DNA of 60,217 nt, filler included, from Sphacelaria rigidula (Eukaryota): assembly GCA_964200075.2 (NCBI GenBank). It is 8 parts of 8 records of this genome, joined end to end, with 100 filler letters (N's around TTAATTAATTAA, not from the genome) between each part and the next. Parts side by side here need not be neighbours in the genome. Positions count along the whole stretch, not along the records: positions 1 to 7,441 come from CAXNAA020014903.1; positions 7,542 to 14,981 come from CAXNAA020014904.1; 6 more parts are not named here. The stretch is one strand, 5' to 3'. The translations under genes were made by a program, and so were the position numbers. Position 1 is the stretch's first letter. Every line of letters begins with the position of its first letter. Under the pieces are notes generated by a model. That model was not told the origin of the DNA and ran no database searches. It saw only the letters and a list, made by a program, of their open reading frames with translations. Positions 1 to 11,076 of the stretch are shown here, in pieces.

Positions 1-138
1 ACTTTAGACCGAGAGGTCAAAGACAGTTCTGACGATCTACAATGCTATCTAATACACTGTTCTCCTTGTACTTTAACCACACATAAAACACCACGTGACG
101 AAGCGTTGACTGGATGAGCTCCGAAGCGCCATTTAACA
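1..138. repeat. Partial LTR at the contig start
   Basis: 1-127 is identical to 3397-3523; this copy ends ...CCATTTAACA, complementary to the TGTT start of the LTR at 3182. Confidence 0.75.
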
Positions 139-999
139 GTGGGTTCTGGAGAATGGGGTTGATATTTACAATGAGGTTCAAGGGGCATATTGTTTTTGCA
201 GGGACGACGCGAATCAGTTACACAAAGAAAAACCATATTTCTCCCTAAAAATCTACAGCAGTGAAGTACTTGTGGCTAGGTGCACCGAACGAATGCGGTG
301 TACACGCGCGTCGATGACGCTATCTCCAGAAAGAGAAGCAACGTCAGAGAGGGTACTCCTTGCCCGTGTTCTTTGTGTGTCCTCGCTCGGCGATTACCAG
401 TCGCTCAAGACACTGGCATTATGCATCCTACCAGCATGTACCCATTTCTCATGCGCCGGTAGGCATGTTATATTGCTGCGCACAGTTCCCTAAAGAGCAT
501 CGTGGTGCGGACGGATCTCGTCTCTTCTTGTATGTGGAGCTCACTAACACGAATATCGATTTCACTCTGCCTCTCTTTTCCAACAGGACGTGCCTCTGTG
601 CTCTGAAAAACATGTCGTTGAAAAAAAGGGTAATGTTCCCGTCACCGCTACTGTTCTCTGTCAGACACATGCCAGCAAGGACGGTGCTGCGGCAGCAAGA
701 GATCCAATTTGAACTTGGGAGGTGTTATTCATCGGTGGTTTTTCCCGACATGTGACCATCTGGGTGCTCGACCACAAGAGCGTGTCACACACCAGTTGGG
801 GGGGTGTATGAAAGATTGAACACTTGTATAGACCTTCTTGACGTGCGGAGGGGAAACGATACCTATGGTGATGACCTAACTATTGCTAGCGTGGTGCAGA
901 GGGGTGCATCTATGCTGCAATCTGGAGCACACAATGGCTGCGTGAACACCTCGATACAGCAGCTTTCCACAATTAATTCCGATGTGAGGAGATCATGCA

Positions 1000-1905
1000 T
1001 CACAACCTGGGGCGAGATATGACCCCACGACGAACAAAAGTGCTCTATGATCAACTACTTGTCGTTGCTTTTGACACCAATGCTATCAAGCGCCGACAGA
1101 TAAGGTCTTGTGGCGTTCAAGCAACGCTGGCGGCAGTACGGTAGGCATACCCGATCACAGCTAGCTTTCGTTGCTCTACTCTACGGAATGCCGTCTGAAC
1201 AGAGGTCACCCACCGTAACAACATGCACCGAAGTTCGCAACAGCTGTAAAAACTAAACAGCGTCATTTTCTCAACTACGCCCACATGGTTTAAAGGACTC
1301 TTGTTACCTGAGGGAAAGTGGCCGCTTTAAGTCCGGCCAAACGTACGAAGGTACTGTCGAACAGCAGTACCAGACTTTGCTGGCATTGGCATACGGCAAT
1401 CAGTACAGAATTGAACAGAAATCGACAGGTTAACGTTCTTATTAGAATGCAACGCGCATGAAATGGTTTGCTGGTGGGAAAACGCGGATTTTCATAGAGG
1501 AGAAACTCTCTGTTCCCCCGTCAGTGTTACATGCGCTTGCAAAATCTCTGCCGCCGTTCTTTCATACCGGCGGGGGGACGGGGAAGGCACCCTTCCTCAG
1601 CTCTTGAGAGTCCTTCAAACTGTGTTTCTAGTTGAGAAATTCGAGCTGTTTAGGTTTCACAGCCATTCTTCATTCCTGTGCATGCATGTTGTCAACGCAG
1701 ACGTGACTGTGTAGACGACAGTCAGTACAATAGAGCAACAAAAGCTAGCTATGATCAAGTTTGCCTGTCGTACTGCCGCCAGCGTTGCTTAAAGGCCACA
1801 GGATCTTCGCCGTCGGTCGTTGATGGCATGGGTGTCAAATGCAACGACAAGTGCTTGATCATAGAGCACTCTTGTCCCTCGTGGGGTGATATCTCGCCCC
1901 AGCGT
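1000..1905. repeat. Foldback element with diverged ~230-bp inverted arms (about 1000-1235 and 1675-1905)
   Basis: GGGGCGAGATATGACCCCACGA...AAGCAACGCTGGCGGCAGTACG is mirrored by CGTACTGCCGCCAGCGTTGCTT...TCGTGGGGTGATATCTCGCCCC. Confidence 0.7.
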
Positions 1906-1929
1906 ATAATGATTCTGGAAGGGTATAGG

Positions 1930-3523
1930 TTACCCCATTTCCTCCAAGCGGTCGCGGTAACAACCCATGACGAAGAGGAAGTCTTCCGGGACACCTCCGG
2001 ACTGCATCATTGTAGTGTGAAATTTGTCATGGAATTCCCTCCGTGCCTCTGTGGCATTGCCGTCGTATTTTTGTTCCAGCGCTGTCCATGTCGCTTGTCC
2101 ATTACCTATCCCATCCTCGTACGTTTCCCCCACGTAACATCTAACGGTGTTGTGTGCTGATGGATCTCTGCTGAAAAACAGCACACTGAACAAGTCATGG
2201 TTAGTACGGTCCCATGCCATCAGGGCTACCGCATTCCCGGGCTGCGTATCATCGCCGGCTAGGATGGTTTCGGGTGTCGGCTGATCCTGCCACTTCTGGT
2301 GGAGGGAAAGTTAACCCGGAGGTTTTATTTGTACTTCCTGAAACTCGCTTTATCTCTACCGTTGTGTCGTTGGCTGAGCCTCAGCACCCCTTGGATATCC
2401 TTGTCGTTGTCCGTCATGACAATTTCTTCCGACTTAACGTGAGAGTGACGAGAAAAAGTGACGGGGTACTGTCGTCGGGATTGGGGTCCCCCACAGCAGT
2501 ATCGGCCCAGGCGACGCCGCGTAACTTCAAAATCACGAAGGTAAGTGCGCTAGTAATCCCCCACCACACAACCGGCCTTGCTCACCGAGGTAGCGAAAAT
2601 TGGTATTGAAGAGCTGCACCCCGAAACGTCCTCCACCACGGTAGCGGCTGCCCGTAACGTCGCTTGACTCATATAGTTGGACAGGTAGAGATAGGATATC
2701 AATATACAAGGTGTTGCAGTTACGCCTACGGCTGTGCCCTGATAGTGGACGCGTTCAGACTTTTTTCCCGGAAAAAGATCCGGATACCGACGGTCGTCGC
2801 AGGTCAGCCGTAGTGTTTTGTGCGCTGTTGTTGAGTCGCCCTTCAAGAAGATGAATCATACTCTCTACTCCGTTCAGGTTGTGGTACGCTGCTGCAGCGC
2901 CAAACGAGCACAGATGCGTGTGGTCCCTCAAATACGAATGCTTCGTCGTCCCAGTTGCAATGTTCACTACTGCAGTCAACTGCAGTTGCATCGCCTTCAA
3001 AGATCACGCCCTGTCCGTGATGTACTGCGGTACAACCAAACGCGCACAAAGGTAGTACCGTCCCTACACTTGGACTCAACTCATGTTGTTCTCTAGCAAA
3101 GATCTCTTGGCAATCCTATGCTGATGTTCTTCCTTCCAAGATCCGCTTCGTATGCGCCAAGCGAAACGAGGCTTCATAACCTGTTGAGAAAGTGTCCTCT
3201 AACGTTTTCGACGTGGTAGCGAAGGCTGACGCTGATGGCGGGTAAACCAAAACGAGCAGACACACTGCGCTAGGAGTACAGACAGAAGATGGTGTTCAAG
3301 GTGCCGCTTGTAGGCAAAACAGTCCCGAACCACCCGTCATGCTGTACGAGCAGCCAGAGAAGAGCACCAAGGAGAGGCTGCTGCCCACTACGCCCTACTT
3401 TAGACCGAGAGGTCAAAGACAGTTCTGACGATCTACAATGCTATCTAATACACTGTTCTCCTTGTACTTTAACCACACATAAAACACCACGTGACGAAGC
3501 GTTGACTGGATGAGCTCCGAAGC
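1930..3523 (-). mobile_element. Degenerate Ty1/Copia 5' end: LTR (3182-3523), PBS and gag remnant
   Basis: On the minus strand the LTR end is followed at once by GGTTATGAAGCC (Copia-type PBS). ORF 2220-1930 (NGQATWTALEQKYDG...PEDFLFVMGCYRDRLEEMG) resembles Copia gag. Confidence 0.75.
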
Positions 3524-3928
3524 ATCATGTCCTAATATCATCGTTTCTCGATGATGCTACGGGAGCGGAGCGGGCAGGATCTGGTTCGGGTCGTAGAGGT
3601 GGAGTCACCGCCGATAGCCTGCTGCCAACTGTCGGTGATTTTGGGATTGCAGGAGATAATGCTTGTTTTGGGGGCCTTGAGTCTCGCCCATAGCCGGACC
3701 CTATGTTCACTTCTACCTGGCCTCGCGCGTCCAGTTGGAAAGCCGGGTGCCCCCCCCTGAATCCCAATGGTCACCTGCGGCACCGGAGCTTCTGAGGTCA
3801 GCCATATGTATTCTCTTTCTTCTTGATTATTTATCCCTGATTTGTTTGTATCGCGTTTTGTGAGTTTGAACGTAGGTCTATTTTTGTTTCTGGTTTTGTC
3901 TGATTTCCCCATACCTTATTATAGGTAT

Positions 3929-4037
3929 CTAGTCTATGACCACGGAAGGCGCCCGCGTCAGATGCCCAGTGCGAATGTACCGCGCAGATATCGGAGCGGT
4001 TTTGAATGTAAAGACAACAACAACAGCAACAGCAACA
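3929..4037 (+). mobile_element. 3' end of a non-LTR retroelement with a (CAA)n tail; further copies at about 9062-9210 and 24069-24243
   Basis: Shared ~90-bp end GACCACGGAAGGC...CAGATGCCCA...GATATCGGA...ATGTAAAGA followed directly by a CAA microsatellite in three different contigs. Confidence 0.8.
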
Positions 4038-4039
4038 AG

Positions 4040-6870
4040 TACTTTTGCAGTGATTCCTAGGGAAATAAGCAGCATCGAAACTGATGTTCCCGAGTTAGGA
4101 GTGAGTGTTGATTTTCCTCTATGGAAAAGGCGATTTAAGGGTTTCGCCTTGTTCAACGACTGTATGAAGGCCTTCAGGACGACTATTGATATGCCCGTAG
4201 ATGACCCCTTAGTCAGTGCACAGTTTTTGGTCAACCAAGGTTTTAGTGAGACAAGCGTAAGGCAAGCATGTATTTGCTTGGACGTGCCTGACAGATAGTA
4301 TCACTGACCGTGAATTATTAAGTAGGGGTGTTCGACACAAACTCCCCGAGTCCAGGTTGGCACTTTCTACGTAACTGATTTCTCCCGAGAACTCTCTCGG
4401 AAAAATCGAAGTGGAAACGTCTTTTCAACGAGTTGCAGATGGAGGAAAAGGTAAGTGAAAAAGGGGGCACTTTCGTGCCTCGTAGCAGGTTGCTACAGGT
4501 GCAAACACTGCACACGCAATTATGTCTCGTAGCGTGATGCTACGTGCAAGTGCGGCACTGGCTGGGCACAGCCAAAATCAAATAGAAAACAGAAATTACG
4601 TTGAGGAACATACACACTTGTTATTATTATGATACTGCTCAACAATCAAGAACCTCGAAAGCAGACTCCCACCGATGTAGAAAAACCAGATGGTCGCTGG
4701 TGCGGAGAGGGGTATAATGCGAGTGAACAGAGGTGGGTACCAACTCTCTGGTCAGAGCTCGAAAACCGAGATTCCCATGTTCCTTGCTTCTGAAACCACA
4801 TCCATGCAACGCACCTTAAAGCACTTGACAGACCATAACTCAGTTTCGCCGTACGCCATATCTCAGCTTTTTGCATAGACCATATTTCAGGCTAGTAATC
4901 CACCATACTCCCGCTTCCCAAAACCCAACTCCTGGTACTCCCTGCTCCACGGCTCTGCATCGTCTCAGCTTAAAGACTTTACCGTTGTACAACAAATCAA
5001 ATCTCCGCTTATCATCCGCCTGTATAGTACCCTTTTCTTGACCGACTATACCCCTTTCCTATCCAAGGTATAATTGAACTCCACGAGAAATTTCTTAACA
5101 ACTGGTGCGGGAAAATTCGAATAAATGCAGATCCGATTAAGTTTTTTGCGCGAGTGGATACGATTGTGGGTATATGAGTATCACTAGGGGTACATATGCC
5201 TGTAGAGGATGTTGACCCCGAGATAGTTGAGGTGCTCATCATAAGCGACTATGAGTACAAACAGCGTATCTTGTACAGAGACGACATATTCCGGGCAGAG
5301 ATAGAGGCTATCGTCTACGGCAGAGATACACGTTCATGTCAAGGAATTGTACGAAGAACCGTGACGTCGGACAAGCTCTCGTTACGAGCTAGCCCACCCA
5401 CCGAAATCGCAATCAAGATGGCGCCAAGGGTGGTAGAAAAGGTGGTAGGGGTGTTCCCAGCGGTACTGCAGCAGATGAGAACGACCAGAATAGCAGTACC
5501 AAAAACGTAGGCAAGAAGGACGACGACATGCGAATCAAGTGTCATCGTTGCTTAGAGCCAGGACACCGTTGGTTTGACTATACCGCACATGTCATCCCAG
5601 CCCCAAAGAAATCACAGGGTGGCTCTGATGAAATTGTGGCGTGTGTGGTAAATTGTTATGCAAACAAGTAAGGAGAGTGCGGTCCGAAAGCGTAATAGCA
5701 GCAATGATGGTATTGGAAGCTGGATAGCTGATTGTGGAGCAAAATTTCTAATTACTAAACCAGCTGAAATACTCCGTGACGTGCAACCATCTGATGACAA
5801 AGTGAAAGTCGTTAGTGATACCTCATCGAAGTTGAGTGTTGTGGATCGTTGATTGTAGCTTTGCCAACAGGGCTGGAAGAGTTACAGTAAGGCTTGAGAA
5901 GGTTGCATACGGACTGGATTTAGCTTTCAATCTTTTCTCACAAGTGGCTGCGCACACACAAGGAGTAGGCTTCTCGACTGATTACTCCGACAAGAGGGTG
6001 ATCCTACAGGATGGGCGTCTTAAGTTTTGGAGTGAGGGATCTGGATACCCAAAGTATGGTATAAGGATTGATCCTGATGATCACTGCATCCCCCCTCACT
6101 TGTTGGTTCTCGAGTCTGTTGAAAATTCAGTGCAACCTGACCCTCCTGTTCCCCTAGCGTTCCCTGTAATAGCCCTCGGTAGTGCTGACTCACGCAAGAC
6201 TGCGGTGGACATCAACGTTTTCCACTGCGTATAGGGACATGCCAATGATTTTCGCTCAAGAGAGATAGCAAATTCGCTGGGTATAGAGTAACGAGGTAAC
6301 TTGAAACCATGTACAGAATATTCTATGGCAAAGGGGTACAGGAAAGCAATCGCAAACAGTACGAGCTTCGATGCTTAAACAAAGCTAGAAACAGTTTTTG
6401 TCGATCATAGAGGTTCTAGGAGAACTCCTTCATTGCTTGGGAAGAAGTACGTAATGATGGTAAAGGACGAGTTCACCCGGTACACATGGGTGCGTTTTCT
6501 TGAGCGTAAGTCTGATACCGGTTATGCTTTCAGGAAGGTTTGGTTGATGTACATGCGGATGGTGTGCCTTCGGAAGTGATAATAGTTAGGTCTGACGACG
6601 GATCAGAGTTTTCCGGTGGTGATTTTGAAGGAGTGTGTAGGTACTATTGTATCCAGTACAAATTCACCATTGCGAAGTGTCCGAAACTGAACGGCGTTGA
6701 TGAAAAACTTTGGGTATCATTCACAACGCCGCACTTGCTGCTCGCATTCAAGCCCCCATCCTCGTTCCACATGTCGAGCTGCCACCGTCGGAGACCCTCT
6801 GGGCTGAGGCGATATGTCGGGCGTGTGACGCCCTGAATCACACTGCGACGACGCCCAACCCAGGTAAGAA
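4040..6870 (+). mobile_element. Degenerate Ty1/Copia gag-protease-integrase
   Basis: gag (DFPLWKRRF; DPIKFFARVD), protease SWIADCGA (~5680), pre-integrase GHAN...KPCTEYSMAKG (~6235), rve core MMVKDEFTRYTWVRFL and VRSDDGSEF...PKLNG; Copia domain order; many stops and frameshifts. Confidence 0.9.
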
Positions 6871-7218
6871 GCCGGGTTATTACTGCTGCTAGAACCGACA
6901 GTCAAAGTCGTTCCCCAAGGGTGGGAGTAGCTTCTACTTTGGGCAAGGTATCGACCACCCCCGCGATTCATCGCGGATGCTGACGCGGGAAAATAAAGTA
7001 GTGAAGACAAGAGGCGTCACCAGGGAGGCGCCGCCGGTTATGGTGGTGCCTCCGACACAACTGCAGCAGCCGGCTTTGCCAACGGTCATTATCCATGCCA
7101 TCACTACCAACACAACGTAACGGCGTATTTTCGTCACAGCACCCCCAAAGCGCGTTGGACGAAAATCGATCAACAAGTTTGACACATAGAAAACGCCAAA
7201 ACGATGAGTAAGTCACAA

Positions 7219-7441
7219 TTAAATACCAAACTCACTCGTGAAAATAGCAGCAAAGGCTCGAGTCACGCGCATTTTACGCAACTCCTCAGTACGAAATTTC
7301 GGAGCGGCCTCAAAAATATTCTTGAACGGCTCCCACGTACGCTCCTCAACTTCGAAATCAACCCAGTCGACCAACACGATCAACGAACGATCATCTGCTT
7401 CTGCCACTCGGACAAAACCAGCCATGAGTCATCCTACGATA
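7219..7441 (-). mobile_element. Chromodomain remnant, probably a Gypsy/chromovirus integrase C-terminus
   Basis: LVDWVDFEVEERTWEPFKNI fits the chromodomain LVxWxG..TWEP pattern; truncated by the contig end. Confidence 0.7.
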
Positions 7442-7541
7442 NNNNNNNNNNNNNNNNNNNNNNNNNNNNNNNNNNNNNNNNNNNNTTAATTAATTAANNN
7501 NNNNNNNNNNNNNNNNNNNNNNNNNNNNNNNNNNNNNNNNN
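7442..7541. other. Artificial contig linker (N44-TTAATTAATTAA-N44); identical linkers at 14982-15081, 22522-22621, 30062-30161, 37602-37701, 45141-45240, 52680-52779
   Basis: Seven identical 100-bp N spacers with a six-frame stop 12-mer; the intervening contigs decrease in length from 7441 to 7438 bp. Confidence 0.97.
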
Positions 7542-8106
7542 CGACCGCGAGACTGCACGCGTCGAGCACCCACGTTGTAGAAAGAGGGTTGTTTCTGGTT
7601 AAAAAAACGCCAACGAATGCAATGAAAGCATCGAAAATCAGATCGGACACGGGGAAGAGCTCGTAAAAACATAACCGACTTTACTTATGTGTTGGAGGAA
7701 GTATTTACCGTAGCTCTTGAGGTTACTAGTGAGAGAAAACAAGCGTACACTGTTCAGTACACACACGCCTCACCGAACACGGGATAGACTCTTTGGTGTT
7801 ACGGCACTACACGTGTCGCGAAGATCTACGTGTCGTGAATATGAGAACGGAACACTAGGGCCAGCAGTGTTGTGTTCACCAGTCGGCGTTAATCCCTGTC
7901 TACAATACAAGCGGAGACGAGTGCAGTATCAACCTGGCGCAGTTAAGGTGGTTTGTCAATAGGAGCTATAATTTCCGGGGACAAGAAAAAAATCCTTTTG
8001 CGGCGGTCGACGAAGTTCGCTCGCCACTTCTTCTGTCCAATCGCATGCGTTTGAGTGCTGGAATCTCGGAGAGCTCACTCGTAAGTACTCCTTCTTGCTC
8101 GCGCAG

Positions 8107-8178
8107 TCGGAGATTCGGGTGACAGTGAAGCAGCTGCAAGAAAAGGCACAGCGTGAATTGGCGGAGCTCGCTGATCAG
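8107..8178 (+). CDS. Internal exon A of a CFAP157/BBOF1-like ciliary coiled-coil protein
   Basis: gcgcag|SEIRVTVKQLQEKAQRELAELADQ|gtgatg; 72 bp, phase 0/0, joins in frame to 9891. Confidence 0.65.
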
Positions 8179-9154
8179 GTGATGATTACTAAAGCCATGC
8201 CTATTTCTTAATGGTTCAGAGCTCGTTGAGCAGGCTGTAACTGTAAATGTAGTTTAGCAACATCGTCTTTCTAGAAATACGACGCTCGCTATTTGCTAGA
8301 TCGCTGCGAAGCCATTTAGAGTTCATAGAAATGCGAGGTTCGCTCATCAGTTGATTTCTGCTATATAGTAGTAACATCGGTTCCCTAGATATGTGGAGCT
8401 CGCTGGTCAGATGGTTGTTCCTAAAATGGTTCATTGAATATGGAGCTAGCTCGGGCGGTATTACACAAGTAGCTTATGAATAACGTGCGGCGCCCATCTG
8501 TCGACGGATACCGTGCCCGTCATGTGGTTTAAACTCTGTCGTGATGGAGGTAGTCAGTATAAACTTTGGTGGGAACCCTATCACAGCTATAGTTGTCTCC
8601 CTGTGGTATTTCGCTGAATCATGTAACACACACCATGACATCGCAGCACGGCATCGTATCATTTTACATATCGAAACACGGTATCCCGTACAAGCGTACA
8701 CGACAGAAAGGCGCACTGGCCACAGGGGATAACTCAAGACGTGAAGACACGACCGATATGATAATACTCGGAAGTCAATTAAGTGCATCAGTGTACGATC
8801 CAGACGTTCGCTCTTACGATATATTTCTGCATCCGTTGGATAGTAAGCTGAACTAGATTTTGATTCTATTCTTGCTTCGCCTCGCGTGTCGAGTGGGAAA
8901 GATGGGCTCTGTCTCCTTCGGTCCGAATGGTCGCCTGCGACATCATCGTATCTTGTGGGGTTCTCGTCATTTCTTCTTCTTCTTGTATCACGTCACGTCT
9001 GTGTAGACTTTCTGGGCCTTCCATTGTTAATCTTCGTGTTTATCATATCTTAGTTTTGGCAGCTAGCCTGTGACCACGGAAGGCGTTCGCATCAGATGCC
9101 CAGTACGGAAGTTAGAAGGTACTGCACAGAGATCGGAACGGTTGTGATGTGAAG

Positions 9155-9211
<57 letters not shown>

Positions 9212-9890
9212 TTCAACCACACATAAAAGCATGCCGCAAGACATCAAGACCTGGACTCTCGGAGTATTTCAGGCGCTGACTTCTGATTATCACTATATCC
9301 CATCGGTTCTGAAGTCTTGGAGTTTGGTGGTTACTATCGCGTGGTCGTACCCGTGGGCTGTGATGAGGACTTTTGAGTGCAGTGCGTTTCATTAGACGGG
9401 CTCATTTTTCATGTTGGTTAAGCACGAAATATTTGCCTCATCTTCGTAGTTGGCAAGTACACCAGGTGCGTGAGTACGTGACGCCAACCGCCCGAGAGAA
9501 TATTATTCGGAAGTAAGCGACGTATAGTGGCATCACAACGCAAGCCAGGTTGTGGCCTCTTGCGGTTTGTCTTTCGTTATTTGGGTTATGTACATGTGTG
9601 AGTAAAATCACCACAAAATTTTCACAACAAGGTAACACCTGGATCACGTGGTAGTGCTGATAATCTTCCAACTATCGCCATCATCCTATCGGCCGTGTGT
9701 TTACGTCTCAAATGTTCACCTGTGCAGTCCTCTCTGCCGGCAGCTCCTGGTGGAGAGTATATATGTATATATATATCAAATCGTTTTTTGAACCACAAGA
9801 TATCGAGTGCTTCACAAAAAGTATGGGTATTCCTGTTTCATTCCTCTTCACGTCTCGTCGAATTGGAACATGACCACGTATCCTCACCAG

Positions 9891-9961
9891 ATGCGAGCGA
9901 CAGAAAAACAGCAGGCAAACCACATCAAGCTTCTGGAGGGGGATTTGGCGGCATTGAGAAG
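9891..9961 (+). CDS. Internal exon B of the CFAP157/BBOF1-like protein
   Basis: caccag|MRATEKQQANHIKLLEGDLAALR(R)|gtggga; 71 bp, ends phase 2, matching exon C. Confidence 0.75.
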
Positions 9962-11076
9962 GTGGGAATTTCATTGCATCCCCGTTGGCCTGCCTGCGCA
10001 GCGCTGCACGCTCAAGTGCAACCTGCGCGTTGTATCAACGCGAGCCCTGGGTGTACACATTGGTGGGTGATGGACCGGAGAGATAATAAGTAGCTGCATA
10101 CACTTGGCATACACCCTGACCCCAACATGCAACAATCAATCAGATCAATCATAACAGTCGATCGATCAGTCCATACTCGGGAGCGCGTCTCGACAGCATC
10201 GAACACCGTGCCTGGTGCATTTATTGATGAATTGAATGTTCGATCGACTGTCGTAAATGATCTGTTTCGCTACGAATCCAGTCGTGGGGCACGGGATAGA
10301 CGTACGCATCCAACGCGAGTGAACGGAGACACTCGATCAAGGTGTACTCATGATCATGCATGCCATAGTCATAAGACCATCGGGGGGGGACTTGACCATG
10401 GAAAGAAAGAGATGGAAAAACTAACAGAGAAAGTGAAAATAAAAGAGAAGGGAAGAAAAAGAAACAAGAGGGAGAGAAAAAAGAAGCGTCTCACACCTGA
10501 CCGCTTTGTAGTATGCCCTTGCATTTCTCTACTCCAAATTTCGAAGCACAGCTTTCGAATCTGAGCTGCATACTCCAGTTTTCGTGCATTCAGTTCAATT
10601 TCTTAAATTCAGTATGGAATCTCATTTGAGCCATATATCTCTCGGTATATGACGAATGAGGTGAATGTTAGGGTGTCGATCGTTTTTCCTTGCTCAAAGG
10701 GACACACACACGATATGTTAGCGTCATCCACCTATAAAATAAAATTGTGACAGACTTTCGTATAGAATTTGGTATAGTGAAATTTCCGTACGTCACGGCA
10801 TTTACTAGATATGGCATTTTATTAACGATAAAGCATCTGGCCGAGCTGTTATGTAGATGCGCGCCTGCCCCTTGATTTCAGGATCAACAAGATGTGCGGG
10901 TCACGGGCCAGTTTCTCTGTGTCGATGAGATATGGCTGTGATAAATGAAATTCATTTTTCATGCTGCCCCGGCTCTCAATGTGAATGAGAACGGGAATAA
11001 TTGTCGCTAACATCCCACCAAAAAGTCTCGGTACATCCTTATTTCCGTCCCCCTGGGCGGATTTATCTTTTTTCGC

